This document shows positions 1-11,076 of a stretch of 64,000 bases of DNA, piece by piece. The notes beneath the pieces were generated by a model that saw only the letters and a list, made by a program, of their open reading frames with translations, was not told the DNA's origin and made no database searches. Position numbers and translations under genes: made by a program. Each line of letters opens with the position of its first letter. Within the stretch, counting starts at the first letter, position 1. Origin of the DNA: Alphaproteobacteria bacterium. GTDB taxonomy: Bacteria > Pseudomonadota > Alphaproteobacteria > UBA828. The stretch is taken from NCBI GenBank assembly GCA_963422645.2, contig CAXXVO010000005.1:320001-384000 (forward strand), written 5' to 3'.

Positions 1-309
1 CTCGGCTGCGAGGTCCTCGTCGCCGACTATGTCGGCGCCTGCTTCACGCGCGGCCTCGGCCTTGTCGCCCTTGGCGAAGACCGCGACGCGCACGGTCTTG
101 CCGGTGCCGTGGGGGAGTGCCACGACGCCGCGCACCATCTGGTCCGCGTGGCGGGGGTCGACGCCGAGCCCGACGCTCATTTCGACGGTCTCGTCGAACT
201 TCGCCTTCGCGCCCTGCTTCACCAGCGTGATCGCCTCGCCCAGCACATAGGTCCTGTCGCGGTCGATCCGCTCCTTGGCCTGCCGCAGCCTTTTTCCGAT
301 CTTCGCCAT
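1..309 (-). CDS. rplA: 50S ribosomal protein L1 (N-terminal part; runs off the window edge)
   Basis: Minus-strand translation from ATG at 309: [81 protein letters not shown]; lies directly after rplK. Confidence 0.97.
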   Translation of the reverse strand, partial: MAKIGKRLRQAKERIDRDRTYVLGEAITLVKQGAKAKFDETVEMSVGLGVDPRHADQMVRGVVALPHGTGKTVRVAVFAKGDKAEAAREAGADIVGDEDLAAE

Positions 310-314
310 CGCCC

Positions 315-746
315 TTAGCCCACCACCTGGATGCCGATGGACCGCGCCGACCCTTCGATGATGCGGCAGGCGGCGTCCATATCGTCGGCGTTGAGGTCTA
401 CCATCTTCTTCTCCGCGATCTCGCGAACTTGCGCCTGCGTCACCTGGCCCACCGGGTCGACCCGGCCCACCGTCTCGGAGCCCTTGTCGATTCCCGCCGC
501 CTTCTTGAGGAAGAAGCTGGCCGGCGGGCTCTTGGTCACGAACGAGAATGTCCGATCGTGATAGACCGAGATCACGGTCGGGATCGGCATCCCCTGCTCG
601 AGGTTCTGGGTCTGCGCGTTGAAGGTCTTGCAGAACTCCATGATGTTGAGCCCTGCCTGACCCAGCGCCGGGCCGATCGGCGGCGACGGGTTGGCTTGCC
701 CCGCCGGCACCTGCAGCTTGATCGTCCCTGTGACTCTCTTGGCCAT
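315..746 (-). CDS. rplK: 50S ribosomal protein L11
   Basis: [32 protein letters not shown] signature; nusG-rplK-rplA order. Confidence 0.98.
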   Translation of the reverse strand: MAKRVTGTIKLQVPAGQANPSPPIGPALGQAGLNIMEFCKTFNAQTQNLEQGMPIPTVISVYHDRTFSFVTKSPPASFFLKKAAGIDKGSETVGRVDPVGQVTQAQVREIAEKKMVDLNADDMDAACRIIEGSARSIGIQVVG

Positions 747-764
747 GTTGCTCCCGCCCTACCC

Positions 765-1343
765 TCAGGCCTTCTCGACCTGCGCGTATTCCAGCTCGAC
801 CGGCGTCGCCCGGCCGAAAATCGATACCGCGACCTTGAGCCGCGCCCGCTCCTCGTCGATCTCCTCCACCAGTCCGCTGAAGGAGGTAAAGGGGCCGTCG
901 CAGACCCGCACGGTCTCGCCGATCTCGAAGATGACCGAGGGCTTCGGCCGCTCGACCCCATCCTTGATCTGCTTCAGCACGCGGTCCGCCTCGTCGTCGC
1001 TGATCGGCACCGGCTTGCCGCCGCTCCCGAGAAAACCGGTCACCTTCGGCGTATTGTTGATCAGGTGCCAGGTTTCGTCGGTCATGCTGATGTGCGCCAG
1101 CACGTAGCCGGGGAAGAACTTGCGCTCCGACTTGACCTTGGCGCCGCGCCGCATCTCGACGACCTCTTCCGAGGGCACCATGACGTCGGCGATCAAGTGA
1201 TCGAGGCCCTGCTGACTGGCCTGCTCGCGGATCGAATGCGCCACCTTCTTCTCGAAGCCCGAGTAGACGTGGACGATGTACCAGTGCCGCGCCGGCCCCT
1301 GGCCGTCATCCATGTGCGCCTCTGCTGCCGGCATGTCCGTCAT
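765..1343 (-). CDS. nusG: Transcription termination/antitermination factor NusG
   Basis: [27 protein letters not shown] motif [25 protein letters not shown]. Confidence 0.98.
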   Translation of the reverse strand: MTDMPAAEAHMDDGQGPARHWYIVHVYSGFEKKVAHSIREQASQQGLDHLIADVMVPSEEVVEMRRGAKVKSERKFFPGYVLAHISMTDETWHLINNTPKVTGFLGSGGKPVPISDDEADRVLKQIKDGVERPKPSVIFEIGETVRVCDGPFTSFSGLVEEIDEERARLKVAVSIFGRATPVELEYAQVEKA

Positions 1344-1537
1344 CCGCCGAGCCCCAGAATCGCCCGCACCCCGATGGAGAGCACCTGATCAATCAGGAAG
1401 AAGAAGATTGCCATGATAACCACCATGATCAGCACCATGATGGTGCTGATGACGGTCTCCTTGCGGGTGGGCCATGTGACCTTGCCAATCTCCTGGCGTG
1501 CTTGGCGCAAAAACTCGAGCGGCGGCGTGCGGGCCAT
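1340..1537 (-). CDS. secE: Preprotein translocase subunit SecE
   Basis: [10 protein letters not shown] motif plus one TM helix; between tRNA-Trp and nusG. Confidence 0.96.
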   Translation of the reverse strand: MARTPPLEFLRQARQEIGKVTWPTRKETVISTIMVLIMVVIMAIFFFLIDQVLSIGVRAILGLGG

Positions 1538-1565
1538 GGTCAGCGCCCGCCCCTACCTGCACAGA

Positions 1566-1641
1566 TGGCAGGAGTGGAGGGTCTCGAACCCCCAACCTCC
1601 GGTTTTGGAGACCGGCGCTCTACCAATTGAGCTACACTCCT
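1566..1641 (-). tRNA. tRNA-Trp (CCA)
   Basis: Reverse complement AGGAGTGTAGCTCAATTGGTAGAGCGCCGGTCTCCAAAACCGGAGGTTGGGGGTTCGAGACCCTCCACTCCTGCCA; cloverleaf, 3' CCA. Confidence 0.97.
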
Positions 1642-1675
1642 AATCCGTTTGCGTGCTGCGGCGGGATGCCGCGCT

Positions 1676-2866
<1,191 letters not shown>

Positions 2867-2957
2867 CGGTGTCCCATTCCTCGACCGCCACGTAGTCGCG
2901 GCGGCTAAAAAGACGTCACAAGCCGCGCACCGCTGCTGCGGTGACGGCCCTATACTC

Positions 2958-3031
2958 TGGAGCGGGTGATGGGGATCGAACCCACGTAACCAGCTTGGAA
3001 GGCTGGGGCTCTACCATTGAGCTACACCCGC
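2958..3031 (-). tRNA. tRNA-Gly (TCC)
   Basis: Reverse complement GCGGGTGTAGCTCAATGGTAGAGCCCCAGCCTTCCAAGCTGGTTACGTGGGTTCGATCCCCATCACCCGCTCCA. Confidence 0.97.
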
Positions 3032-3082
3032 TCGATCTCAAGTCCCCCGCGCCCTGCGTCGCGCATGCGCGCGCCGCCCGTG

Positions 3083-3168
3083 TGGTGGAGGGGGTAGGAT
3101 TCGAACCTACGTAGACATACGTCGGCAGATTTACAGTCTGCTGCCTTTAACCACTCGGCCACCCCTCC
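3083..3168 (-). tRNA. tRNA-Tyr (GTA)
   Basis: Reverse complement GGAGGGGTGGCCGAGTGGTTAAAGGCAGCAGACTGTAAATCTGCC...GGTTCGAATCCTACCCCCTCCACCA; long variable arm. Confidence 0.97.
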
Positions 3169-3205
3169 GCGCCGAGGTGGACGCGCCCAGGACTCGGAAC
3201 GGCGC

Positions 3206-3233
3206 ACTATGAACATCCGCGTTCGATTGTCAA
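3206..3233 (-). promoter_or_regulatory. Sigma70 promoter of the tRNA-Tyr/tRNA-Gly/tuf transcript
   Basis: Minus strand TTGACA-16 bp-CATAGT followed by GC-rich discriminator GCGCC, about 40 bp upstream of tRNA-Tyr. Confidence 0.7.
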
Positions 3234-3355
3234 CGCCCAAAGGAGCTCTCCGTGACGGCCCACCGCGCCATCGGCCGCGGCGTCAGCGCGCGCCGGGCGG
3301 CCCGAATGCCGGGGCGTCTCGCAAAAGGGATTGAAGTCTTATAATAGGGTGCGTC

Positions 3356-4192
3356 ATGGCACGCAACAGTTCTCGCCGCCCGCGCGAGCGTGGAGCCGGG
3401 CGCCGGCGTACGCATCAGGAGCAACGCGCCCAGGCGCGACCCCGTCGCGAGCGGCTCTATGGCACCCATGCCGTGGCCGCCGCGCTCTCCAACCCGAGCC
3501 GCCGCTGCCATCGGCTGATCGTGACCGAGGAGGGAGCTGCGCTGCTCGCCGAGCGAACCGACTTCCGAATGCTTCCGCTCGCCGCCCGTGCCTTGCTCGA
3601 AGCGCCGCAGATCGTCTCGCGCCAGGATGTCGCCGCCCTGTTGCCGGAGGGCACCGTTCATCAGGGCATCGTGCTCGAGACGGCGCCGCTGCCGGCGGTC
3701 GACCTCGCTTCTGCCTGCCGCGGCGTGGTGCAGAGGGCGGAGGGCGCGCGCATCGTGGTCGTGCTCGACCAGGTAACGGATCCGCACAACGTCGGCGCGA
3801 TTCTGCGCTCGGCGGCGGCCTTCGCGGTGGGGGCCGTCGTGGTTCAGGACCGGCATTCGCCGCAGGGCGCCGGCGCGCTCGCCAAGGCGGCGTCCGGCGC
3901 GCTGGAGACGGTGCCGCTTGCCCGGGTCGTCAACATCGCGCGCGCCCTTATCGTGCTGAAAGAGCTGGGGTTCTGGTGCCTCGGCCTCGACCATGACGCG
4001 CTCGAGCCGCTCAGGGCCGTCAGCGTGAAGGCGCCGCTCGCGCTCGTGCTGGGCGCCGAAGGCCAGGGCATGCGCCGGCTCACTCGCGAGCGCTGCGATT
4101 CGACCGCGAGCATCCCCATGCCGGGCTCGATGGCGAGCCTCAACGTCTCCAACGGCGCCGCCATCGCGCTCTACGAAGTTTCGCGGCAATGA
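3356..4192 (+). CDS. rlmB: 23S rRNA Gm2251 2'-O-methyltransferase (SpoU/TrmH family)
   Basis: LYGTHAV, HQG, LDQVTDPHNVGAILRSAAAF, LGAEGQG, SLNVSN motifs; divergent from tRNA-Tyr as usual in Alphaproteobacteria; TATAAT at 3340-3345. Confidence 0.92.
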   Translation: MARNSSRRPRERGAGRRRTHQEQRAQARPRRERLYGTHAVAAALSNPSRRCHRLIVTEEGAALLAERTDFRMLPLAARALLEAPQIVSRQDVAALLPEGTVHQGIVLETAPLPAVDLASACRGVVQRAEGARIVVVLDQVTDPHNVGAILRSAAAFAVGAVVVQDRHSPQGAGALAKAASGALETVPLARVVNIARALIVLKELGFWCLGLDHDALEPLRAVSVKAPLALVLGAEGQGMRRLTRERCDSTASIPMPGSMASLNVSNGAAIALYEVSRQ

Positions 4193-4313
4193 GCGGGGCG
4201 ACTGGAAAGGAACGCCGGGCGCGGCAGCGCGGCGCCCTTCGCCTTGACTCGGCTGGCAGGCCGCGCTTGATAGCGGGTCTTCCATGATCGCGCGCGCCTG
4301 CAGCGGCCGATCG

Positions 4314-4389
4314 GCCGGCGTAGCTCAACTGGTAGAGCACTTGATTTGTAATCAAGGGGTTGCGGGTTCGAGTCCTGCCGCCGGCACCA
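4314..4389 (+). tRNA. tRNA-Thr (TGT)
   Basis: GCCGGCGTAGCTCAACTGGTAGAGCACTTGATTTGTAATCAAGGGGTTGCGGGTTCGAGTCCTGCCGCCGGCACCA. Confidence 0.97.
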
Positions 4390-4435
4390 ATCGAGTTGGG
4401 CTGCGGAACGCCGCCGCCCGCGCCACGGATCCAGC

Positions 4436-5659
4436 ATGGTCAGCGCCGCTGCCCTGATCGTCGCCGCCGGGCGCGGCCACCGGGTCGGCGGGCCCCTGCC
4501 CAAGCAGTACCGCCAGCTCGCGGGGCGCGCGGTGCTGGGCCACAGCATGCAACGCTTCGCGACCCACCCGGGCATCGACAGGGTCAGGGTGGTGATCAAC
4601 CCCGCCGACCAGTCCCTCTATGACGAGGCGGTGCGCGAAAGTGGCGGTGTGGCTGGCGGCGCGCTGCTCGCGCCGGTGGCCGGCGGCGAGACCCGGCAGG
4701 ACTCCGTGCGAAAGGGCCTGGAAAGCCTGGCGGACGCACCGCCCGACCTGGTGCTGATCCACGACGGCGCGCGGCCCCTGGTTTCCGCCGCCGTGATTGA
4801 CGGCGCGCTCGATGCGCTCGAAGGCCACGACGGGTCGCTGCCTGCGCTCGCGGTGAGCGACAGCCTCAAGCGGGCGGCGCCGAGCGGTGCCGTGATTGCG
4901 GGCGCGGTGCCGCGCGAGGGGCTCTGGCGCGCCCAGACCCCGCAGGGCTTCCGCTATCCCGCCATCCTTGACGCCCACCGCGCTGCGGCCGGCAGCGCGC
5001 TGACCGACGATGCCGCGGTGGCCGAGCAGGCCGGGCTCTCCGTGGCGCTCAGCCCCGGCGACGAGGACAACCTCAAAATTACCACCGAGCAGGATTTCGC
5101 CCGTGCCGAGCGCATCCTGGCGGCGCAGGGTGCGCGCGACGTCGCTACTGTGGCCGCATTCGAAACCCGCGTCGGCATGGGCTTCGACGTCCACCGCTTC
5201 GGCCCCGGCGACCACCTCATGCTGGGCGGCGTGGCGGTGCCGCACGCCCAGGGCGTGGTCAGCCACTCCGACGGCGACGTTGTGCTCCACGCCATCGTCG
5301 ACGCGCTGCTGGGCGCCTTGGCGGCGGGCGATATCGGCACCCACTTCCCGCCCTTCGACGAGGCCTGGCGGGACGCCGAGTCCGCGCGCTTCGTAACCCA
5401 TGCGCTGAAGCTCATGGCGGAGCGCGGCGGCCTCCTCAGCCATGTGGATGTCACGGTGATCTGTCAGCGGCCCAAGATCGGCCCGCACCGTGAGGCCATG
5501 ATGGCGCGGCTCGCCACTCTTCTGGGCTTGGACCCTGCCCGCATCAGCCTCAAGGCGACCACGACCGAGCACCTCGGCTTCACCGGACGTGGCGAGGGCA
5601 TCGCTGCCCAGGCAGTCGCCACGGTCCGACTGCCCATCGAGAGCGGAAATGACCGCTGA
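4436..5659 (+). CDS. ispDF: Bifunctional MEP cytidylyltransferase / MEcPP synthase
   Basis: AAGRGHR..PKQY, IHDGARP, AQTPQGF, NLKITT (IspD); [28 protein letters not shown] (IspF). Confidence 0.96.
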   Translation: MVSAAALIVAAGRGHRVGGPLPKQYRQLAGRAVLGHSMQRFATHPGIDRVRVVINPADQSLYDEAVRESGGVAGGALLAPVAGGETRQDSVRKGLESLADAPPDLVLIHDGARPLVSAAVIDGALDALEGHDGSLPALAVSDSLKRAAPSGAVIAGAVPREGLWRAQTPQGFRYPAILDAHRAAAGSALTDDAAVAEQAGLSVALSPGDEDNLKITTEQDFARAERILAAQGARDVATVAAFETRVGMGFDVHRFGPGDHLMLGGVAVPHAQGVVSHSDGDVVLHAIVDALLGALAAGDIGTHFPPFDEAWRDAESARFVTHALKLMAERGGLLSHVDVTVICQRPKIGPHREAMMARLATLLGLDPARISLKATTTEHLGFTGRGEGIAAQAVATVRLPIESGNDR

Positions 5660-6134
5660 GGCGGAGCCGGCCCGCTTCAACCTGCGCGATCCGGCGGCCC
5701 TGATCGCGACATGCTTCGGCGCGGGCCTCGTCCGCTGGGCGCCGGGAACGGTGGCGTCGGCATTGGCGCTGCCTCTAGCCTGGCTGCTCAGGACCTACAC
5801 CGGCATGCTTGGCCTCGCCATCGCGACCCTCGTGCTCATCGTGATCGGCATCTGGGCTGCCGGCGCCTACGAGCGCCGCACCGGGACCCGAGACTCATCG
5901 GCAATCGTGATCGACGAGGTCGCGGGTCAGTTCGTGGCCCTGCTGCTGGTGCCGCCGACGATTGCCGTCTACGCGGTGGGCTTCGTGCTGTTCCGCCTGT
6001 TCGACGTGGTGAAGCCCTGGCCGATCAGCCTGCTCGACCGGCGCGTGAAGGGCGGGCTCGGCGTGATGCTGGATGACGTCGTCGCCGGCGCCCTGGCGGC
6101 GGTCCTGCTCTGGAACGTCTGGATATGGCTGTGA
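5649..6134 (+). CDS. pgpA: Phosphatidylglycerophosphatase A
   Basis: [33 protein letters not shown] motifs; ATG at 5649 overlaps the ispDF end. Confidence 0.93.
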   Translation: MTAEAEPARFNLRDPAALIATCFGAGLVRWAPGTVASALALPLAWLLRTYTGMLGLAIATLVLIVIGIWAAGAYERRTGTRDSSAIVIDEVAGQFVALLLVPPTIAVYAVGFVLFRLFDVVKPWPISLLDRRVKGGLGVMLDDVVAGALAAVLLWNVWIWL

Positions 6135-6631
6135 CCTTCCCTGCGGACATCATCGAGCGGGCCGAGCGGGTGCTCTCGCTCTGCCGCACGAAGGGCCTGC
6201 GCGTCGCGACGGCGGAATCCTGCACCGGCGGGCTGATCGCCGCTTGCCTGACCGAGATCGCAGGCTCATCGGATGTCGTGGACCGCGGCTTCGTGACCTA
6301 TGCCAACGAGGCCAAGCGGGACCTGCTGGGCGTGCCCGACGAGCTGCTGATGCGCGTGGGCGCGGTCAGCGAGGAGGTGGCGCGGGCGATGGCGGAAGGC
6401 GCGCTCGCCCGCTCCGACGCCACCCTCGCGGTCGCGGTGACCGGCATCGCAGGGCCCGGCGGGGGAACCGCGGCCAAGCCGGTCGGCCTGGTGCACCACG
6501 CCTGCGCCGGGCCGGGCGGCGCGCTCCTTCACCGGCGCGTGGTCTACGCTGGAGATCGCGGCGCGGTCCGCCTGGCAACCGTCGCGACCTCGCTCGACAT
6601 GCTGATCGACGGTACCGAAGGGAGGACTTAG
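6125..6631 (+). CDS. cinA: CinA-family NMN amidohydrolase (PncC-like)
   Basis: TAESCTGG, GAVSEEVARAMA, TGIAGPGGG..KPVG. Confidence 0.92.
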   Translation: MAVTFPADIIERAERVLSLCRTKGLRVATAESCTGGLIAACLTEIAGSSDVVDRGFVTYANEAKRDLLGVPDELLMRVGAVSEEVARAMAEGALARSDATLAVAVTGIAGPGGGTAAKPVGLVHHACAGPGGALLHRRVVYAGDRGAVRLATVATSLDMLIDGTEGRT

Positions 6632-6635
6632 CGCC

Positions 6636-7808
6636 CTGGCGGCGAGCGAAACGACCACTCCTCCGGACGCGCGCGACGCGATCCTCGCTCGCGCCCGCTC
6701 GCTCGGGTTCCAGGCCGTGGGCGTGGCCAGTGCCGACGATGCGCCGGCGGACGGCGAGGGGCTCCAGAAGTTTCTGCGCCTGGGCTACGCCGGGGACATG
6801 GCGTGGCTGCCCCGCACCGCCGAGCGACGCGCCGCCCCCCGCGCGCTCTGGCCCGAGGCGCGCAGCATCGTGGTGGTGGGCCTGAACTACGGCCCGGCGC
6901 ACGACCCGCTGCGTCTGCTGGCCACGCGCACGCGGGGCATCGTCTCGGCCTATGCGCAAGGGCGCGACTACCACGACGTGCTCAAGCGCCGGCTCCGGCG
7001 GCTCGCGCGCTTCGTCGCAGACACCTTCGGCGCCGAGGTGAAGCTCTTCGTGGACACGGCGCCGGTGATGGAGAAGCCGCTTGCGGCCCGCGCTGGGCTC
7101 GGCTGGCAGGGAAAGCACACCAACCTCGTCTCCCGCCGCCACGGCTCGTGGCTCTTCCTCGGTGAGCTGTTCACGACCCTCGACCTCGCGCCCGACGAGC
7201 CCGAGGCCGATTACTGCGGCTCCTGCCGCCAGTGCCTCGACATCTGCCCGACCGACGCCTTCCCCGCGCCCTACCGGCTCGATGCCAGGCGCTGCATCTC
7301 GTACCTCACCATCGAGCACAAGGGCCACATCGCGCCCGAGTTCCGCGAGGCCATGGGCAACAGGATCTATGGCTGCGACGATTGTCTCGCGGTCTGTCCG
7401 TGGAACAAGTTCGCCCGCCGGACCGAGGAGTACGCCTTTCTGCCGCGCGCTGAGCTGACGGCGCCCCGGCTTGCCGACCTCGCCGCGCTGGACGACAGGA
7501 CCTTCAGGACCGTCTTCTCAGGCAGCCCGATCAAGCGCACTGGGCGCGACCGCTTTGTGCGCAACGTGCTGATCGCCATCGGCAATAGCGGGGATGCCGC
7601 ACTTTGGCCGGCGGCCCGGCGGCTGCTCGGCGACCCCTCGCCCCTGGTACGGGCCATGGCTGTGTGGGCGTCGCGGCGGCTCGCGCCAGCGGCCGCTTTC
7701 GCCGCACTCCGCGCCCGCCACGCACCCGTCGAGCGCGACCCTGCCGTCTTGGCGGAATGGCAGGGTGCGGGGCCCCCGTCGGGGTGTTCCGGTCACGCCC
7801 GACCATGA
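6636..7808 (+). CDS. queG: tRNA epoxyqueuosine(34) reductase (start uncertain: CTG at 6636 or GTG at 6717)
   Basis: YAQGRDYHDV, VDTAPVMEK, GSWLFLGE, CGSCRQCLDICPT, CISYLTIE, IYGCDDCLAVCPWN. Confidence 0.93.
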   Translation: MAASETTTPPDARDAILARARSLGFQAVGVASADDAPADGEGLQKFLRLGYAGDMAWLPRTAERRAAPRALWPEARSIVVVGLNYGPAHDPLRLLATRTRGIVSAYAQGRDYHDVLKRRLRRLARFVADTFGAEVKLFVDTAPVMEKPLAARAGLGWQGKHTNLVSRRHGSWLFLGELFTTLDLAPDEPEADYCGSCRQCLDICPTDAFPAPYRLDARRCISYLTIEHKGHIAPEFREAMGNRIYGCDDCLAVCPWNKFARRTEEYAFLPRAELTAPRLADLAALDDRTFRTVFSGSPIKRTGRDRFVRNVLIAIGNSGDAALWPAARRLLGDPSPLVRAMAVWASRRLAPAAAFAALRARHAPVERDPAVLAEWQGAGPPSGCSGHARP

Positions 7809-8698
7809 CGACGGCACATGACAAGGGGCTGTTCTGCTTCGGCTACGGGTTCAGCGCCTCGGCCTTGGGCGAACTGCTCGGCCCCGCCGGCTGGTCCCTC
7901 GCCGGCACCGGCCGAAGGGCCGAGGGTTGCGGCGCGCTGGCGGAAGCGGGCGTCGACACCGTCCCCTTCTCACGCGAGGCGCCGCTTGCGCACCCGGCGC
8001 GGAACCTCGCCGGCGCGACACATATCCTCCTCTCGATCCCGCCCGATGCGGAGGGCGATCCCGCGCTCGACTGCCACGGCGCCGATATTGCCGCCATCGA
8101 GGGCCTGGAATGGATCGGCTATCTCTCCACCACGGGGGTCTACGGCGATAGCGGCGGCGCCTGGGTGGATGAGAGCGCCGCACCTTCGCCCACCGGCACG
8201 CGCGGCAAGCGCAGGCTCGAAGCGGAACGGGGCTGGCTCGCCCTCGGCGAGGATCACGGGCTTGCCGTGCAGGTCTTTCGTCTGGCCGGAATCTATGGGC
8301 CGGGCCGCAACGCGCTGGCCACCGTGAGGCGCGGCGAGGCCAAGCGCATCGCGAAGCCGGGGCAGGTCTTCTCCCGCATTCATGTGGCCGACATCGCACA
8401 GGTGCTGGCCGCCTCCATCGCCAAGCCCCGCGCAGGGGCCATCTATAATGTGTGCGACGACGAGCCGGCGCCCGCGGCGGACGTCGTCGCGCACGCCTGC
8501 GCCTTGCTGGGCGTCGCGCCACCGCCGCTCATGCCCCTGGAGGACGCGGACCTCTCGCCAATGGCGCGGAGCTTCTACGCCGACAGCCGGCGGGTCTCCA
8601 ACGACCGCATCAAGAAAGAGCTGGGCGTCACGCTGCGTTATCCGAATTATCGCGCCGGTCTTGCCGCCTTGCTCGCCGAGGAGGCGGGTGCGCCCTAG
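7805..8698 (+). CDS. NAD-dependent epimerase/dehydratase (extended SDR)
   Basis: FGYGFSA, YLSTTGVYGD, RLAGIYGPGR, FSRIHVADI; usual neighbour of queG. Confidence 0.88.
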   Translation: MTTAHDKGLFCFGYGFSASALGELLGPAGWSLAGTGRRAEGCGALAEAGVDTVPFSREAPLAHPARNLAGATHILLSIPPDAEGDPALDCHGADIAAIEGLEWIGYLSTTGVYGDSGGAWVDESAAPSPTGTRGKRRLEAERGWLALGEDHGLAVQVFRLAGIYGPGRNALATVRRGEAKRIAKPGQVFSRIHVADIAQVLAASIAKPRAGAIYNVCDDEPAPAADVVAHACALLGVAPPPLMPLEDADLSPMARSFYADSRRVSNDRIKKELGVTLRYPNYRAGLAALLAEEAGAP

Positions 8699-8848
8699 TG
8701 CCCCGGCGGGTGGCGCAGACGACGGCAAGAGTCGATAATGGCGCGCGAACGCGCTCGTCGCTTGGGGTCAGGGCCGAGAGTCAGCGCCGGGACGGATGGT
8801 CTCTTGGCTGTCGCGCGTGCTGGCCGGCCGCCACGCGGGAGGCATCCG

Positions 8849-9889
8849 ATGCATCCTCTCATTCGCTCTCTTCTGGTTGTCATCGCTACCGCCGGCTTCG
8901 CGTCGGGCGACATCCTGAGCGATTCCGGCAATGCAACCCTGGCTCAGGATCTGGCGCCGGTGCAGGTGTCGCTCGCCGGCGAAGCGGGCGAGGCCGCAGT
9001 CGCCGCGCACCGCAGCGTCCTCGCCGCCGAGCGCCTGTCCGACTGGGAGCGACCGGTCGGGCAATGGCATAGCTTCGTCCTGACGCACACCAGCCGGCGC
9101 GCGGTCGATGCTCCGCCGCGCCTCGGCGAGGCGCACGCCGATGAGCACGCCGTGACTCTAGGCTTTGGCCAGGGGCCCGAGACCAACTGCTGGTGGGGCG
9201 TCGCGCTGAGCCTGGGCCGCCACGACAATACCGTCTCGAATGCCCGCCTGGAGGGCGACACGGCCGTCGGCTCGCTCTACGGGACCTGGGGGCAGGGCGG
9301 ATTCTACGCGGGCGGCGGACTGCAACTGGGCAGGACCGGGCTGGACATCGAGCGCTCGATGACCCTTGGGTCCGCGGTAAGCACCGAGCGCGGCTCGACG
9401 GTGGCGCGTCAGGTCGGCCTCGATCTCATTCTCGGCTGGACGATGGGTGAGATGGGAGGGGCCCGCCACGGCCCGGAGCTCGGCCTCTCCTGGCTCGATC
9501 AAGAGGTGAGGAGCTATCGCGAAAAGGGAGCCTCTCCCACCGCCATGAACTTCTCCGAGTTCGAGCGGAACTCCCTCGTCGCCCGCGCCAGCTACCGGAT
9601 CACGTTCGAGGCGGGCTCGGAGAGCCTCGGCATTCGCCCTTACGCCGCCGTCGCCTACGAGACGGCGCTCGACGGCGATCCCGTTGCGGTCACGGCAGGC
9701 TCCAACACCATGGCGGGGCAGTTCACGGCGGAAGGGTTTGTGCCGCCCGAGTCCTGGCTAAGCGTCGATCTCGGCGTTTCCATGAGCTTCGGCGGGCAGG
9801 CGAGCGCGGTCCTGGGCTACTCAGGCCGCACCGGCGACGGCTCCCGCAGCGACCACCTCGTGAACGTGGGCCTGCGCGTCGCGTTTTAG
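8849..9889 (+). CDS. Autotransporter beta-barrel protein lacking a passenger domain (GDSL-esterase autotransporter relic)
   Basis: GGAGG RBS; signal-peptide-like N-terminus; GDILSDSGN motif; alternating beta-strand pattern; C-terminal aromatic residue (GLRVAF). Confidence 0.75.
   Translation: MHPLIRSLLVVIATAGFASGDILSDSGNATLAQDLAPVQVSLAGEAGEAAVAAHRSVLAAERLSDWERPVGQWHSFVLTHTSRRAVDAPPRLGEAHADEHAVTLGFGQGPETNCWWGVALSLGRHDNTVSNARLEGDTAVGSLYGTWGQGGFYAGGGLQLGRTGLDIERSMTLGSAVSTERGSTVARQVGLDLILGWTMGEMGGARHGPELGLSWLDQEVRSYREKGASPTAMNFSEFERNSLVARASYRITFEAGSESLGIRPYAAVAYETALDGDPVAVTAGSNTMAGQFTAEGFVPPESWLSVDLGVSMSFGGQASAVLGYSGRTGDGSRSDHLVNVGLRVAF
9796..9833 (+). repeat. 38-bp direct repeat, copy 1 (inside the autotransporter 3' end)
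   Basis: GCAGGCGAGCGCGGTCCTGGGCTACTCAGGCCGCACCG, identical to 12179-12216. Confidence 0.9.
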
Positions 9890-9932
9890 TGCGAGGCGCC
9901 GGCCCCCGATTCACTGCTCAAACTCGACGCCC

Positions 9933-9957
9933 CCGGGGGAGCCGAAGTCTCCCCCGG
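9933..9957. terminator. Hairpin between convergent genes, possible terminator
   Basis: CCGGGGGAG-ccgaagt-CTCCCCCGG perfect 9-bp stem; no clear U tract. Confidence 0.5.
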
Positions 9958-9978
9958 AGCGCCTGATAACGCCTGCGC

Positions 9979-10992
9979 CTAGCGCAGGTCGGCCTCGAAG
10001 ACCCGCCGCTTCACCGCTTCGATGTTGACCGAACTGATGACGGCAGGGCCGGTCAGGATATTGCTCGAGGGAATCATGCCCCAATCGAGATAGGTGCGGG
10101 CGAGCACCGCCGGCAAATACCCCTGCAAGTACATCAGCTGATCGATACCGCCGATCGCCTCGCCCGAAGCGACCGCTTCCAGCTGCTCAGGCGATACGTC
10201 GAAGGTCGTCAACGTGATGTCGTCGGTGCGCTCCTCGCGTCTTACGACCGCCAGCGCGGCGCCGAACGATGCCGGCCCGGCATCCATCGCGAAGATGGCG
10301 TCCGTGTCGGGATTGGCGGTGAGGTAGTTGGATATCGTCGCCTCGGTGACGCTGATGTCGAGCGAGACCGGGATCACCTCTCCGGGCGCGCCCGAGCCTT
10401 CGTTCATCCCGTCAAGGAAGCCCCGGCACATGGCGTCGAGGCCGACATGCCCTGGCGCGTTATGCAAGCACAGCGCCCGCTTTGCGTCGGGACGCTCGGC
10501 AAGCACGAGCGCCGATGCTTCCTTGCCGCTGAGGTACATGTCTGCACCGATATAGAGCAGATAGGGAACGCGCTCGCCACGCGGCGCCGGATCCTCGACG
10601 TTGATGGCGATGACCGGAATCCCGTCGGCAGCGGCCTTCTCGAGCGTAGGCCGCATGGTGACGGGGTCGGTTGCAGTGATCACAAGCAGGTCCGGCCTCT
10701 CGGCGACCGCGGCTTCCATGCGGTTGACCGTGTCTTCGATGCTGAAGGTGTCGGACTGGGTCCACTTCATCCTGAGGCAATTGTCCGCCGCGCCGCGCAC
10801 CGCGCCCCGACGCACCGTCTCCCATACCGGATGCGGGATGGCATGAGTGGCATAATAAATGAAGTGCTCGGTGCGACCCTCGCAGGAGTCGGCAGCGTCG
10901 GCGACCTGCGGGACGCCGGCGATGAGGCCGAGCGACAAGACGGCCGCGCCGAGCGCGGCGGTTAAGAGTTTCCTGGCATTCGGGCGTTTCAT
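9979..10992 (-). CDS. Sugar ABC transporter substrate-binding protein (PBP1/RbsB-like)
   Basis: Signal peptide; HPVWETVRRGA, GIPVIAIN, YIGADMY, IDQLMYLQGY. Confidence 0.88.
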   Translation of the reverse strand: MKRPNARKLLTAALGAAVLSLGLIAGVPQVADAADSCEGRTEHFIYYATHAIPHPVWETVRRGAVRGAADNCLRMKWTQSDTFSIEDTVNRMEAAVAERPDLLVITATDPVTMRPTLEKAAADGIPVIAINVEDPAPRGERVPYLLYIGADMYLSGKEASALVLAERPDAKRALCLHNAPGHVGLDAMCRGFLDGMNEGSGAPGEVIPVSLDISVTEATISNYLTANPDTDAIFAMDAGPASFGAALAVVRREERTDDITLTTFDVSPEQLEAVASGEAIGGIDQLMYLQGYLPAVLARTYLDWGMIPSSNILTGPAVISSVNIEAVKRRVFEADLR

Positions 10993-11076
10993 TATTTCCT
11001 CCCTGGTTGGGACGGCCGAGAACGGCGAGGTCTCGCCATCGTCGGCGGGCCCGGATTGCGCCGCACTACGCTCCCC

